Positions 25,673 through 35,295 of a DNA stretch of 64,000 bases are shown piece by piece. The position numbers and the translations under genes were made by a program. The stretch is from a virus. Within the stretch, counting starts at the first letter, position 1. The number at the start of each line of letters is the position of its first letter. The notes under the pieces are model-generated. The model searched no databases. It had not been told where the DNA came from and saw only the letters and a program-made list of their open reading frames with translations. Where the stretch lies: IMG/VR virus record IMGVR_UViG_3300032325_000432, positions 6,822 to 70,821 of that record. The stretch is one strand, 5' to 3'.

Positions 25673-26812
25673 ATGTTTAGCGATACTTTGGCTTTTAATC
25701 CGTTCGATAAGACTCATAGTGCCATTGGAACAAGAGATCAGATTACTTTACGAAATAAGTTTTTTGATTCTTTTGGTGGTCAGCAGATTTTCTGCTACAA
25801 CGGTGATCCCCGCAAGAAGATCAGTAGTATGAATCATACAGATCATCTTACTACTGTTGCTATTGCCAATGATAGTCAAGGTGCTGATGCTTACTTCTAT
25901 GTTAATGGTGGACGTAAGCAGTATGCTATTAGTAGAATTCGTGCTTGTTTTGTTGATATGGACGCTGGGCGAGATGATCAGGGTCGTTATTTTAAGCCCA
26001 GTATTGTCATGCAGAAGAAAAAGGAATTCTTGGATCAGATCAATAACTTTCCAGTAAAGCCAAGCTGGGTTGTTGATACTCGTAATGGTTATCAGTGCTA
26101 TTGGATTCTAAACCAAAACAATATGAATCCTAACAAGACTTATTGGAATGGTATTCAAAAGAAACTCGTAAACCACTTCGGTGGTGATGCCCGAGCTATT
26201 AAGATCAATCAGATTTATCGTATCCCTTATACTTGGTGGAGAAAGGGTTGGGAGGGTAAGCAACCTTACTTTACCAGTATTTTGTCAGGATCAACTGGTG
26301 ATTGGGTAAATATTGAACAGCTTAAAGAAGCTCTTGATGGAGTGTCTGCTGTTGTTAATATTGTTGCCAATAAGACCAGCGATGAATGGTTTAAGGAATA
26401 TGCTAAGGCTTATAAGAGGTCTGATGTTACTGGAGTTCCAGTATCGGTTAATGTTGCAACAAACATTCTGAATCAGATGAAAGCTTTGAATCCTGAGACA
26501 TATACAAATAGCACAGAAAATATCAAACCGATTTATGGGTATGCTAGTGGTAATGTCTTTCAAAAGGCTTATGGTGATCCCATGCCAGTATCTCCTGCGA
26601 CTGAGGACGATACAGATGCCCTTGGATCGCTTCCTGTTGATGCTGGAGGCGAGGATTTAGATCTTGACGGTTCACAGACCAAGCTTTTAAAGACGGTCGT
26701 GGAGTTCCTTAATCAAGTCTCAACTCCCCTCTACTTTAGCAATAACAGATTCTTGTCTAATGCTGCTAAAGAACTAGCGTCTAAGATTAGTGACAAATTT
26801 TGTATCGGATGA
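25673..26812 (+). CDS. RepB-type (AEP superfamily) DNA primase-like protein
   Basis: ACFVDMD, PSWVVDTRNGYQCYW, GGD...QIYRIPYT motifs. Confidence 0.75.
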   Translation: MFSDTLAFNPFDKTHSAIGTRDQITLRNKFFDSFGGQQIFCYNGDPRKKISSMNHTDHLTTVAIANDSQGADAYFYVNGGRKQYAISRIRACFVDMDAGRDDQGRYFKPSIVMQKKKEFLDQINNFPVKPSWVVDTRNGYQCYWILNQNNMNPNKTYWNGIQKKLVNHFGGDARAIKINQIYRIPYTWWRKGWEGKQPYFTSILSGSTGDWVNIEQLKEALDGVSAVVNIVANKTSDEWFKEYAKAYKRSDVTGVPVSVNVATNILNQMKALNPETYTNSTENIKPIYGYASGNVFQKAYGDPMPVSPATEDDTDALGSLPVDAGGEDLDLDGSQTKLLKTVVEFLNQVSTPLYFSNNRFLSNAAKELASKISDKFCIG

Positions 26813-26813
26813 G

Positions 26814-26860
26814 GGTTTAGTGTCAGGGGTATTGGAAATTCCATACCCTTTGACACAACC
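26814..26860 (+). other. strong intergenic hairpin
   Basis: GTGTCAGGGGTAT / ATACCCTTTGACAC; no U-tract follows. Confidence 0.6.
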
Positions 26861-26878
26861 ACATAAAGGAGAAAACAA

Positions 26879-27136
26879 ATGGGCAGACATATCAATCCTC
26901 TTTTACAGCTTTTATTGACTGATGAAGAGGCTAAGAAGAAATTTATTGAACTAATGAATGAGTCGGGATCAGCAAGAGATCTTTACTATTATTTTGAAAA
27001 GAATACTTTTTATGGCAATAAGTATTATCTTAGTTGGCAAACAATTTGTAATGTCATAAGAAGATTAGGCTTTAAGGGTCGTAGAGGACGCAATCGTAAG
27101 AATGTAACTTCTCAAAATAGATATAGCTATAGGTAA
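26879..27136 (+). CDS. basic HTH-like hypothetical protein
   Basis: AAGGAG RBS; LSWQTICNVIRRLGF. Confidence 0.65.
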   Translation: MGRHINPLLQLLLTDEEAKKKFIELMNESGSARDLYYYFEKNTFYGNKYYLSWQTICNVIRRLGFKGRRGRNRKNVTSQNRYSYR

Positions 27137-27141
27137 ATTCT

Positions 27142-27531
27142 ATGCACGAAGATTATGAGGATGACAGTTATGATGATGATAATAGTCAAGAAAATTTAGA
27201 GAGTCATTACAAGCATTATTTCAAATTTGATGCCGATGCGTGGGATGCTTGGAGTAAGTGGTTGTCTGATGCTCTTAAAAGCTCTATTGACTCTTCGCCA
27301 AACGTGTGGTATGCTTATGGTTTTCCTGTGAATAGTTATTTCTCCGATACTGTCAAGGATAACTCCTTCCAGTATTTGGGGAATAACTATCAGGATGTGT
27401 CAATATGGAAAAAGAAATATTCTGTATTTAGTCCATTTAATATCATCTATACCAAACATATAGAATCAAATGCAAAACACTTTCTTAAACAGCCACATTA
27501 CTATAAAGGACTATTTGATATATTGAACTAA
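27142..27531 (+). CDS. hypothetical protein
   Basis: ORF track. Confidence 0.6.
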   Translation: MHEDYEDDSYDDDNSQENLESHYKHYFKFDADAWDAWSKWLSDALKSSIDSSPNVWYAYGFPVNSYFSDTVKDNSFQYLGNNYQDVSIWKKKYSVFSPFNIIYTKHIESNAKHFLKQPHYYKGLFDILN

Positions 27532-27532
27532 T

Positions 27533-27940
27533 ATGAAAAATAACAAATTTGAGATAACGGATATAGATAAGTTTGTCGAATGTTCTAGAGTTCTGGTGTT
27601 TGACTGCATGGGAAAAGATCAAACATCTCGCTTGGATGATATGAAATATACTTTGTCAGAACTTTCAGAAGAAGAAAGGAATGAATTAAATGAAGTATTA
27701 AGCCAAGAGGAAGCTATGAGTATATGCAAGCTTTTTTTACGCCAATATGATGATAACAAATTTATCGTAAGCAACAAACAGTATGCAAAACTCATTGATT
27801 CCTTAAATACCAGACTTGTCAGTAATATGTTAAATAATCTGGTTAACAGGGGATTGTTAGAAACAGCTTTTGATCATGAGTCTAATGACTTCATCTTTTG
27901 GGTAAAAGAAAATGAAAATAAAGAAGATAAAAAATCTTAA
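27533..27940 (+). CDS. hypothetical protein, WDDE paralog family
   Basis: LNNLVNRGLLETAFDHESNDFIFW. Confidence 0.7.
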   Translation: MKNNKFEITDIDKFVECSRVLVFDCMGKDQTSRLDDMKYTLSELSEEERNELNEVLSQEEAMSICKLFLRQYDDNKFIVSNKQYAKLIDSLNTRLVSNMLNNLVNRGLLETAFDHESNDFIFWVKENENKEDKKS

Positions 27941-28328
27941 ACCACTAGAGTGTATCGCAGACTTGCGGTACAGGTGTTCTTCTTGTGGAATAGATCATTG
28001 GATATCTATTAAAGAAGCAAGAACCCAAGGATTCATAATCGTGTGTGATTGTGCTTCCTTATTAAAAGTAAAAGTCATTAAAGACATTAAAATTGTATAT
28101 CACGAAAATGTCGTAGCACAGCCAAAACATAGTAGTCTGGCTACTGTGGTGGTCATTGAAAAAACAGATGAGAAAATTATCAAACAGGCTTGTTCTGCTT
28201 TAAATACATACGGATTTACAGCACAAGAATCTATGGCAATGGCATTGAAACATACCGAAAAAGAAGTTTTTACAGACGTTAAATCACTTATTGAGAAGAT
28301 TTTATCTAACTTGGAGAATATTACATGA
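27912..28328 (+). CDS. zinc-ribbon plus RuvA C-terminal-domain-like protein
   Basis: CSSC...CDC; QACSALNTYGFTAQES...LIEKILSNL resembles RuvA domain III; directly upstream of ruvB. Confidence 0.6.
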   Translation: MKIKKIKNLKPLECIADLRYRCSSCGIDHWISIKEARTQGFIIVCDCASLLKVKVIKDIKIVYHENVVAQPKHSSLATVVVIEKTDEKIIKQACSALNTYGFTAQESMAMALKHTEKEVFTDVKSLIEKILSNLENIT

Positions 28329-29236
28329 GCCTTTCTAGACCTTCTAAATTCACAGACATTATTGGACAACAAACGGTTATTAACAGACTAAAGATTGTGG
28401 TTGCTGGCTGCAATAAGTCTGATGCTGTTATGCCTCATATTTTAATAGACGGGCCTCCTGGCCTTGGAAAAACAACAATGGCTAGTGCAATAGCTAATGA
28501 ACTTAATGTTAATCTATATACTATTAATGCTGCTACTGTTCGTAGTGTTAAGAATATTTTACCATATATCATGGGGATGTCTCCTAGATCAGTTCTGTTT
28601 ATTGACGAAATTCACAGACTACCCAAGATTGTAGAAGAGTTTTTGTATCCTGTAATGGAAGATTTTGTTTTAAATATCTTGGTCAAAGATGCTGAAGATA
28701 AGGATAAGCCAGAAACTATTAATTTGCCAATGTTTACTTTGGTAGGAGCCACAACTAGTGGTGGTAGTCTAAGCCAACCTTTCTATGATAGGTTTACTAT
28801 TAAGGAACACTTGTCCTATTATAGTGTAGATGAGTTAGCTAAACTAGCAAAGTCGAACGCACAAAAGATTGGATTACTGATTGACGACAACAATCTGTTA
28901 GAAATAGCAAAAAGAAGCAAAGGCACTCCAAGAATACTAAATTCAAGATTGATGTGGTATAAAAACTATTCATCTTTCTATGAAGATAAGCCTATTGTGG
29001 ATATTGATGATGTATTTGCCAATCAAGGAATAGATAGTCTAGGGCTGGATACGAATGATCGTATGTATATTGAAGCACTAAGAAAGTCTAAGGGAAGTCC
29101 TCTTGGTCTGAAAAGTATTTCAGCAATGACGGGGATAGCTATCGAAACCATTGAGAATAACATTGAGCCATTTTTAGTTCGTATGGGGTATGTAGTTAGG
29201 ACGCAAAAGGGAAGAGTAATAGGTTCTATTCCATGA
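28325..29236 (+). CDS. ruvB: Holliday junction branch-migration ATPase RuvB
   Basis: RP..F..IIGQ, GPPGLGKTT, LFIDEIHRL, EEFLYPVMEDF, FTLVGATT, GTPR, EPFL, RTQKGR. Confidence 0.95.
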   Translation: MSLSRPSKFTDIIGQQTVINRLKIVVAGCNKSDAVMPHILIDGPPGLGKTTMASAIANELNVNLYTINAATVRSVKNILPYIMGMSPRSVLFIDEIHRLPKIVEEFLYPVMEDFVLNILVKDAEDKDKPETINLPMFTLVGATTSGGSLSQPFYDRFTIKEHLSYYSVDELAKLAKSNAQKIGLLIDDNNLLEIAKRSKGTPRILNSRLMWYKNYSSFYEDKPIVDIDDVFANQGIDSLGLDTNDRMYIEALRKSKGSPLGLKSISAMTGIAIETIENNIEPFLVRMGYVVRTQKGRVIGSIP

Positions 29237-29526
29237 TAACTAAATATGACATCATATACTTTATAGTCTGCGTAAACTGCTATGTAATTGGCTATTTAAT
29301 AGGTAAGACTGCCCACAATACTAAAGACATTGGTGTATTTAAAGATGCTAAGAGAGCTAAACAAAATAGTCCAATACACAGTGTTGTGTCTATAGATGAG
29401 ACAAAAGTAGTCACGAATATAAACACAGACAATCTAGTAAAAAAATATGAGGAACTTGGAGATAAGACAGTATCTAACGACAATATCTCAGGCTCAATTA
29501 GTAAGTTAAAAAACATGAAACAATAA
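29233..29526 (+). CDS. small membrane-anchored protein
   Basis: N-terminal TM helix; ATGA overlap with ruvB. Confidence 0.7.
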   Translation: MITKYDIIYFIVCVNCYVIGYLIGKTAHNTKDIGVFKDAKRAKQNSPIHSVVSIDETKVVTNINTDNLVKKYEELGDKTVSNDNISGSISKLKNMKQ

Positions 29527-29554
29527 CTGTTTCTGGAAAATATGGAGATAAATT

Positions 29555-30559
29555 ATGAGTGGACGAGGCTTAGACGTTGGTACTAGTTATATAGTATGTG
29601 CCGAACAAAAAGGTAAAGATGTAGTATATAAAGACTTTAGAGATGCTTTCTATATTATCAAGCCTACCACTCCAGTAGCATCTAAAATGATAGAAAAGGG
29701 ATTGGCCGGAAAAACTTTTATTAAAGATTCTGACGGATCATTTGTTCTATTGGGCAAGGATGCTATAGAAAAGGCTATCGAAAGAAATGATACAGCTAAA
29801 AGACCGATGTATAGAGGTGTCGTTTCTGCTAAAGAAAAGGATGCAAAAAGAATACTTGCATTTATTCTTAAAGAAGTTGCTGGACAAGCATCTGAAAAGG
29901 ATGAAAAAATTGTCTTTTGCGTACCAGCACAACCAGTAGACCAAGAAGATGACGATTTTGATGTAGGATATCATGAAGATATCGTAAAATCAATACTATC
30001 TGATTGTGGATATGTTCCAAAAGCTATAAATGAAGCAGAAGCTCTCTGCTATGCTGAACTTGAGGATAGCGACTATACTGGAATTGGTATTAGTTGTGGT
30101 GCGGGTATGACTAATATCTGCGTTATGTTAAACGGAGAACCAACCGTTGTATTCTCTACTACTAAATCTGGAGACTGGGTTGATCGAATGAGTGCCGTCG
30201 CTACTGGAGAACAAGATAGTGTTGTTCAGGTAGAGAAAGAGGGTGGGGATTTTACTATTGGACAACCTAATAGCAGTAATATTTTAGCAGCTGTTTCTGT
30301 TTATTATGAAAGACTGATAGATTATACTACTAAAAATCTTACTATGGCTTTGTCTAACCATAAGTCTCTACCTAAATTTAAGGACCCATTAACCATAGTG
30401 ATCGCTGGTGGCACTTCTCAGGCAAAGGGTTATGTGGATTATTTTAGATCTAGTCTGGAGAAACAAGGGTTCCCTTTGAATGTAAAAGAAATCAAGCAAG
30501 CTAAAGATCCTCTACATTCTGTTGCTCGGGGCTGTTTAATAGCCTCTCAAGTACTTTGA
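29555..30559 (+). CDS. actin-fold (MreB/FtsA/ParM superfamily) ATPase
   Basis: GLDVGT phosphate-1, INEAEA connect-1, SCGAGMT phosphate-2, IAGGTS adenosine, VARG connect-2. Confidence 0.85.
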   Translation: MSGRGLDVGTSYIVCAEQKGKDVVYKDFRDAFYIIKPTTPVASKMIEKGLAGKTFIKDSDGSFVLLGKDAIEKAIERNDTAKRPMYRGVVSAKEKDAKRILAFILKEVAGQASEKDEKIVFCVPAQPVDQEDDDFDVGYHEDIVKSILSDCGYVPKAINEAEALCYAELEDSDYTGIGISCGAGMTNICVMLNGEPTVVFSTTKSGDWVDRMSAVATGEQDSVVQVEKEGGDFTIGQPNSSNILAAVSVYYERLIDYTTKNLTMALSNHKSLPKFKDPLTIVIAGGTSQAKGYVDYFRSSLEKQGFPLNVKEIKQAKDPLHSVARGCLIASQVL

Positions 30560-30572
30560 GAATTAACCGCTT

Positions 30573-30974
30573 ATGTTAAGTGGGTTAAGTCTATTTTATC
30601 AACAATCTCAAAGATCTTCAAAATGGAAAAAAGTAAGAGCAGAGCATCTTAAACAGTACCCGTCGTGTGCTGCTTGTGGAAATACCGATGGTCTAGAAGT
30701 TCATCATATAGAACCAGTTAGTGTTAATCCAGATAGGGAACTAGACCCAACCAATCTTATTACTTTGTGCTCAAAATATTGTCATTTTTATATAGGGCAT
30801 TTAATGGATTATACTAGTTGGAATATTGATGTTATAGAAGACTCTAGGGTGTATTTTAATAAGGTATCTAATAGACCTTATAAAATCAGGACTACAAATT
30901 ATGAGAAACATAGTAATTTGTATTATTTCTTTCTTTCTTGGTTCAATTGTTTTGGGCGGAACAATAGAGAATAA
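30573..30974 (+). CDS. small HNH endonuclease
   Basis: CAACG...LEVHHIEP...NLITLC...CH. Confidence 0.85.
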   Translation: MLSGLSLFYQQSQRSSKWKKVRAEHLKQYPSCAACGNTDGLEVHHIEPVSVNPDRELDPTNLITLCSKYCHFYIGHLMDYTSWNIDVIEDSRVYFNKVSNRPYKIRTTNYEKHSNLYYFFLSWFNCFGRNNRE

Positions 30975-31659
30975 AGACAAAGATAATAAGCACATAGAGT
31001 ATGCAAAAGGTTTTAAGTACGTATATAAAATTTCTGGAGAATATGAGGACAGTTCTAATACTGCTTTTTATGCTTCTGCCGTTGCAATAGATCCAGAATG
31101 GATATTAACCGCTGCTCATGTTGTTACTAACGTGAGATCAGGTTATATCACACAAGAGGATGGCACGCGTAATACTATTAAAAAATTCATATGTCATAGT
31201 GATTTTAAAGACCATAACTTTGGCTACTATGATATCGCTTTGTGCCGATTAGAAAAAAAATTATCTTTAGATTTCTATCCAGAACTATACTCCCAAAAAG
31301 ACGAACCTGGGAAAGTTTGTTCTATCTCTGGATTTGGTAATACTGGAACTTTTATAGCTGGGGCTTCTGTAGCCGATGGTATTAAAAGAGCTGGTTCTAA
31401 TATTGTTGATCAAATTGATAGACATCTACTCATATGTTCTCCATCCATACAAAGCAATAAAACAGATTTGGAATTTCTAATAGCTAATGGAGATAGTGGT
31501 GGAGGATTATTTATTTCTAATAAGTTAGCCGGTATTAACTCTTGCGTAATATCTCCTGACAAAAAAACAGACTCATCTTATGGAGATAGGAGTGGTCATA
31601 CTAGAATTAGTGTATTTAAGGAATGGATTATTAAAACTATAGAAACAGAAAGAAAATAA
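30901..31659 (+). CDS. secreted trypsin-like serine protease (S1)
   Basis: signal peptide, LTAAHV, DIAL, GDSGGG triad. Confidence 0.9.
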   Translation: MRNIVICIISFFLGSIVLGGTIENKDKDNKHIEYAKGFKYVYKISGEYEDSSNTAFYASAVAIDPEWILTAAHVVTNVRSGYITQEDGTRNTIKKFICHSDFKDHNFGYYDIALCRLEKKLSLDFYPELYSQKDEPGKVCSISGFGNTGTFIAGASVADGIKRAGSNIVDQIDRHLLICSPSIQSNKTDLEFLIANGDSGGGLFISNKLAGINSCVISPDKKTDSSYGDRSGHTRISVFKEWIIKTIETERK

Positions 31660-31661
31660 TT

Positions 31662-32579
31662 ATGCTACGAAGAAAAAAAGTATCACTATTCCCATATATA
31701 AGAGAAGATGTTAGTAGTTTATCATCTCAGGGACAGACATATGGATGGGAAATACAAAAGCTTAATGTAACAAGTGCTTGGTTAAAAACCAAAGGAGAGG
31801 ATGTTGTTGTTGCAGTATTAGACACTGGTTGTGATCTCGATCATGATGATCTTAAGTCTAATCTATTGCAAGGTATAAATATAGTCAACAAAAAACAAGA
31901 CCCTATTGACAGAGCGGGTCACGGAACTCATGTTGCTTCAACAATTGCAGCAGCAGATAATGGCAGCGGAATGGTTGGTGTCGCACCAAGAGCCAAGATA
32001 GTGCCAGTTAAAGTCTTAGGAGACGATGGGCATGGAGATTTAAAACATGTCACAGAGGGCATTATATGGGCCGCAGACAGAGGTGTAGACTTCATTACCA
32101 TGAGTCTGGGGTCTCCATCTCCAGCAACTCAATTACAAAATGCTCTAGAATACGCACATAAAAAAGGATGTATAGTATTCTGTGCTGCTGGAAACTCTGG
32201 TGAGAATTCTGAAATAATGTATCCGGCTAAATATGATTATTGTATAGCAATAGGTGCTGTGGATGAGTCCTTAAATAGAACATCATTTTCTTGCAGCGGA
32301 GAAGAATTAGATTTCTTAGCTCCTGGTCAAAATATATTAGGTTGTGTGCCAAACAATAGTTATGCTATAATGTCTGGTACGAGCATGAGCAACCCATTTG
32401 CTACAGGTTGTGCTGCTTTGTTAAAAGCATACTTTAAAAGGACCGGAGATCTTGGAAAACTTAAAACCGTAGATGACTACATTTCATATTTTAAGACTAG
32501 TGCTATTCCGCTTAAGAATAAAAAATACACATCTATCAAAAAGTATGAAGGTTACGGCATTATTAATCCAGCATTTTGA
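31662..32579 (+). CDS. subtilisin-like serine protease (S8)
   Basis: VLDTG, HGTHVA, AAGNSG, SGTSM. Confidence 0.93.
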   Translation: MLRRKKVSLFPYIREDVSSLSSQGQTYGWEIQKLNVTSAWLKTKGEDVVVAVLDTGCDLDHDDLKSNLLQGINIVNKKQDPIDRAGHGTHVASTIAAADNGSGMVGVAPRAKIVPVKVLGDDGHGDLKHVTEGIIWAADRGVDFITMSLGSPSPATQLQNALEYAHKKGCIVFCAAGNSGENSEIMYPAKYDYCIAIGAVDESLNRTSFSCSGEELDFLAPGQNILGCVPNNSYAIMSGTSMSNPFATGCAALLKAYFKRTGDLGKLKTVDDYISYFKTSAIPLKNKKYTSIKKYEGYGIINPAF

Positions 32580-32947
32580 ACACCCTTGATATCAAACAGG
32601 TTATCTAGTACCTCTTTAGATAGTCTGGCGTCTCTCTTAGCTCTTTGGATTTCTGTATCCTGAACATATTTTAGATATCTATTATACCTATTGATCTGTT
32701 GTTTAGTATAATATGATCCAACTCTAGCAGTATCATTAAAAATTTCTATATTATGAGCTTTTGCATTATTAATCCTAGCTTCTGATGATTTTAAGATAAA
32801 ATTGCCTTTGGCTTCTATCTCTTTAGCTGGAGCATAGGCAGAGTTAACAAAATTTTCTATGTTCAACATAGGGTATGGGTTCTGAGCCTCTGCATAACCA
32901 GATAGCATTAAAAATGACAACAAGGAAAAAGATATTATATATCTCAT
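32552..32947 (-). CDS. secreted hypothetical protein
   Basis: signal peptide ending AEA; last gene of the minus-strand run. Confidence 0.65.
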   Translation of the reverse strand: MRYIISFSLLSFLMLSGYAEAQNPYPMLNIENFVNSAYAPAKEIEAKGNFILKSSEARINNAKAHNIEIFNDTARVGSYYTKQQINRYNRYLKYVQDTEIQRAKRDARLSKEVLDNLFDIKGVQNAGLIMP

Positions 32948-33729
32948 CTTTCAAGGTATCCTATTCTATAGAATTCATTTACATTAGACTCTATTTGCTG
33001 TTGTGTCTCTGTGTCTAGAGAATTTCTAAACTCCCAACAGCCTCCACGCTCTACTGGCGTATGAGAAATAACGGGAAAAGATTCAACTCTTGGAGTAAAG
33101 TCTGTGTCGTCTTTATGAGATACTACTATTTTTTGTATGTTTTTATATCCCATATAAGCAGATAGTGTATGGTCGTCGTTCCAAGACTTAGAGACAAAAT
33201 TATTTTTGAATTCTTCTACGTCAAAAAACTTTCTCTTGTATGATACTGTTTTATATCCCTCAAGTATCTTAACTCTTGTATCTTTTGTAACGGTTGTACA
33301 GAAGTGGCATGATCCGTCGAGGGCACTCATTCCTGCAAATCCTATAGCTGCGTCTGGATATCTTTCTCTAGCATCTATATGTGCTTCTATCATACCATCC
33401 ATATAGTATAAGTCATCATCAGCAACTATTATTAGTGTTTCTGGATCGCTGATTCTTTCTAGAGTTGGTAGTATTTTGGTGATAGATCCGAGGTCATCAG
33501 TTCTAAAGATCTTAAGATGATTGTGTTTTTCTTGGAATTCATATAGCCAATCAGGTATGTGCAATTCTTCCCCTGTCCTTTTGTACACATGAGGGATGTT
33601 GAAATGAATCTCATAATTACTATAAGATTGTTCAATGAGCGTCTTTAGTCCTAGTCTAGTACCCATATAGTCTTTTGGTTCCATGAGTCTATTTGGTACT
33701 GTCGTTAGTGTTACTATGATATCTGACAT
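32944..33729 (-). CDS. glycosyltransferase (GT-A fold)
   Basis: VTLTT.P.R, DLGSITKILP, IVADDDLYY, NDD. Confidence 0.8.
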   Translation of the reverse strand: MSDIIVTLTTVPNRLMEPKDYMGTRLGLKTLIEQSYSNYEIHFNIPHVYKRTGEELHIPDWLYEFQEKHNHLKIFRTDDLGSITKILPTLERISDPETLIIVADDDLYYMDGMIEAHIDARERYPDAAIGFAGMSALDGSCHFCTTVTKDTRVKILEGYKTVSYKRKFFDVEEFKNNFVSKSWNDDHTLSAYMGYKNIQKIVVSHKDDTDFTPRVESFPVISHTPVERGGCWEFRNSLDTETQQQIESNVNEFYRIGYLER

Positions 33730-33730
33730 A

Positions 33731-34423
33731 TTAAATCCTGTATAAAAATAGTGTTTGTCTACCATTAAACAACAAAGAATATCCATTATCTATAAGATAC
33801 GGAGATAGAAGTCTATCCTTGCCTCCATCGGCAGTATTAAAATCTGTATCGTCTATTAAAATAAGATGAACATTTGAAAGTTTGTCTTTAGCTGCTTTGT
33901 AAGCTTCAAGGTGATTCTCTGCAAAATTTGGCGTCCCCTTATCCCATCCGTCTAGATATAGTATATCTATTTTTTTATCGAAGTTTTTAAGAAACTCTAT
34001 TCCGTCATGAGGAATATTGACATGTAAATTGTCTGGTTTAGTTTGTCCGATATTTGAGTAACACCAATCTACTCCATTAATACAGTTAGTATCTATGTCC
34101 ACAGTATAAACATCAAAGCCTGCTCTTGCCCAAAAGAATGTAGCGTGTCCATCGCAACAACAAGGAGGAGACACAAATGGATCTATGTTCGGTGAATCAA
34201 AATAGTCAATACATTTTTGGCTGGAAGACAATCTGGTAGAGCCTATCTCTACAACAGTATTAAGACTCAAAAGTTTTGCTATTTCTATAGTCTTTTTAAT
34301 AAATGGAGCTGGCTTAGATCTGCGAATATCATAATCTTCACCGGTTAAATTATCATATTGCCAGTATTTCTTTTCTATTTTAAAGTCTAATAGACTATTG
34401 TATATATTATTTATTAATCTCAT
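33731..34423 (-). CDS. class I SAM-dependent methyltransferase-like protein
   Basis: VVEIGS, TVDID, IDILYLDG, ILIDD. Confidence 0.75.
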   Translation of the reverse strand: MRLINNIYNSLLDFKIEKKYWQYDNLTGEDYDIRRSKPAPFIKKTIEIAKLLSLNTVVEIGSTRLSSSQKCIDYFDSPNIDPFVSPPCCCDGHATFFWARAGFDVYTVDIDTNCINGVDWCYSNIGQTKPDNLHVNIPHDGIEFLKNFDKKIDILYLDGWDKGTPNFAENHLEAYKAAKDKLSNVHLILIDDTDFNTADGGKDRLLSPYLIDNGYSLLFNGRQTLFLYRI

Positions 34424-35295
34424 AGTAATTCTTCAATGTTTAATATATTTGATAAAACTAACACGTTTCCATTTCTTGATCCATTACTGTTATACCAGTT
34501 CAAGCCATTTTGGGCAACATGCATCATATAGTCAGTATCCTTTAAAAGCCTGCTATACTTTTCTAGTATAATTTCTAGTTGTTGCTTTGGATCCTCTACT
34601 GTTTCAAAAGGAACATAGTGTAATCCAGCAACTAATGGATTACAAAAATCTGTAGTTTTGAGTTCTGGTCTTAGTAACACAGAACCAACGCCAAGTATCT
34701 CTATATCTCTATTACATATTTCAGCAGATCCATTTAAACTCAAACCAATTAAATGGCTATTTAATTCTTGTATATATTCTTCATAGGAGACTCTTGTATT
34801 TTCTATGGTAATGGCATCTCTATATTGATTTAGATTGCCTATAAAAAATCTTGAGCCATGCAAGTAACCCCTAAATAACAAACCTTTATTTGTTTTATGA
34901 AAGAAGTGCTTATCAGAGCTATTAATCGCTGTTTCTATATTTAGATTATACGTAGAATATGAAGACGGTATTATTTTATGGCTTTTGGCATTAACAGAGG
35001 AATATACTCCTAAGCAATTAGAATTATCCCAATCACATTTATCATCTAGTAGTTCATATGCTCTATCCCAATATGTAACTACTTTATATTTTTTTGTGGC
35101 TACATTTTCTATTATTAGATGATGAGGTCCAGTTTTATGTCCATAATTATTATTATATGAAATACTGGTATTATCTAGAGAGATTCTGTCTCCATAGATG
35201 AACTTATAGTGATCATATAAAGATTGAAATATTGCCGTTGGCATCCAACCACTAAATGATGGTTGAGCATAAAAGACTAGTTGTGTTTCGGACAT
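34420..35295 (-). CDS. glycosyltransferase-like protein (GT-B C-terminal lobe)
   Basis: LFRG...R, Y..EL...IGLSLNG..EICNRDIE, HYVP, ..AQNG..WY. Confidence 0.65.
   Translation of the reverse strand: MSETQLVFYAQPSFSGWMPTAIFQSLYDHYKFIYGDRISLDNTSISYNNNYGHKTGPHHLIIENVATKKYKVVTYWDRAYELLDDKCDWDNSNCLGVYSSVNAKSHKIIPSSYSTYNLNIETAINSSDKHFFHKTNKGLLFRGYLHGSRFFIGNLNQYRDAITIENTRVSYEEYIQELNSHLIGLSLNGSAEICNRDIEILGVGSVLLRPELKTTDFCNPLVAGLHYVPFETVEDPKQQLEIILEKYSRLLKDTDYMMHVAQNGLNWYNSNGSRNGNVLVLSNILNIEELL

Noticed and set aside
12400-29236. inteins or introns in ligase, rIIA, primase or RuvB
   Set aside because: lengths and motif spacing are normal; no intein terminal motifs or frame breaks
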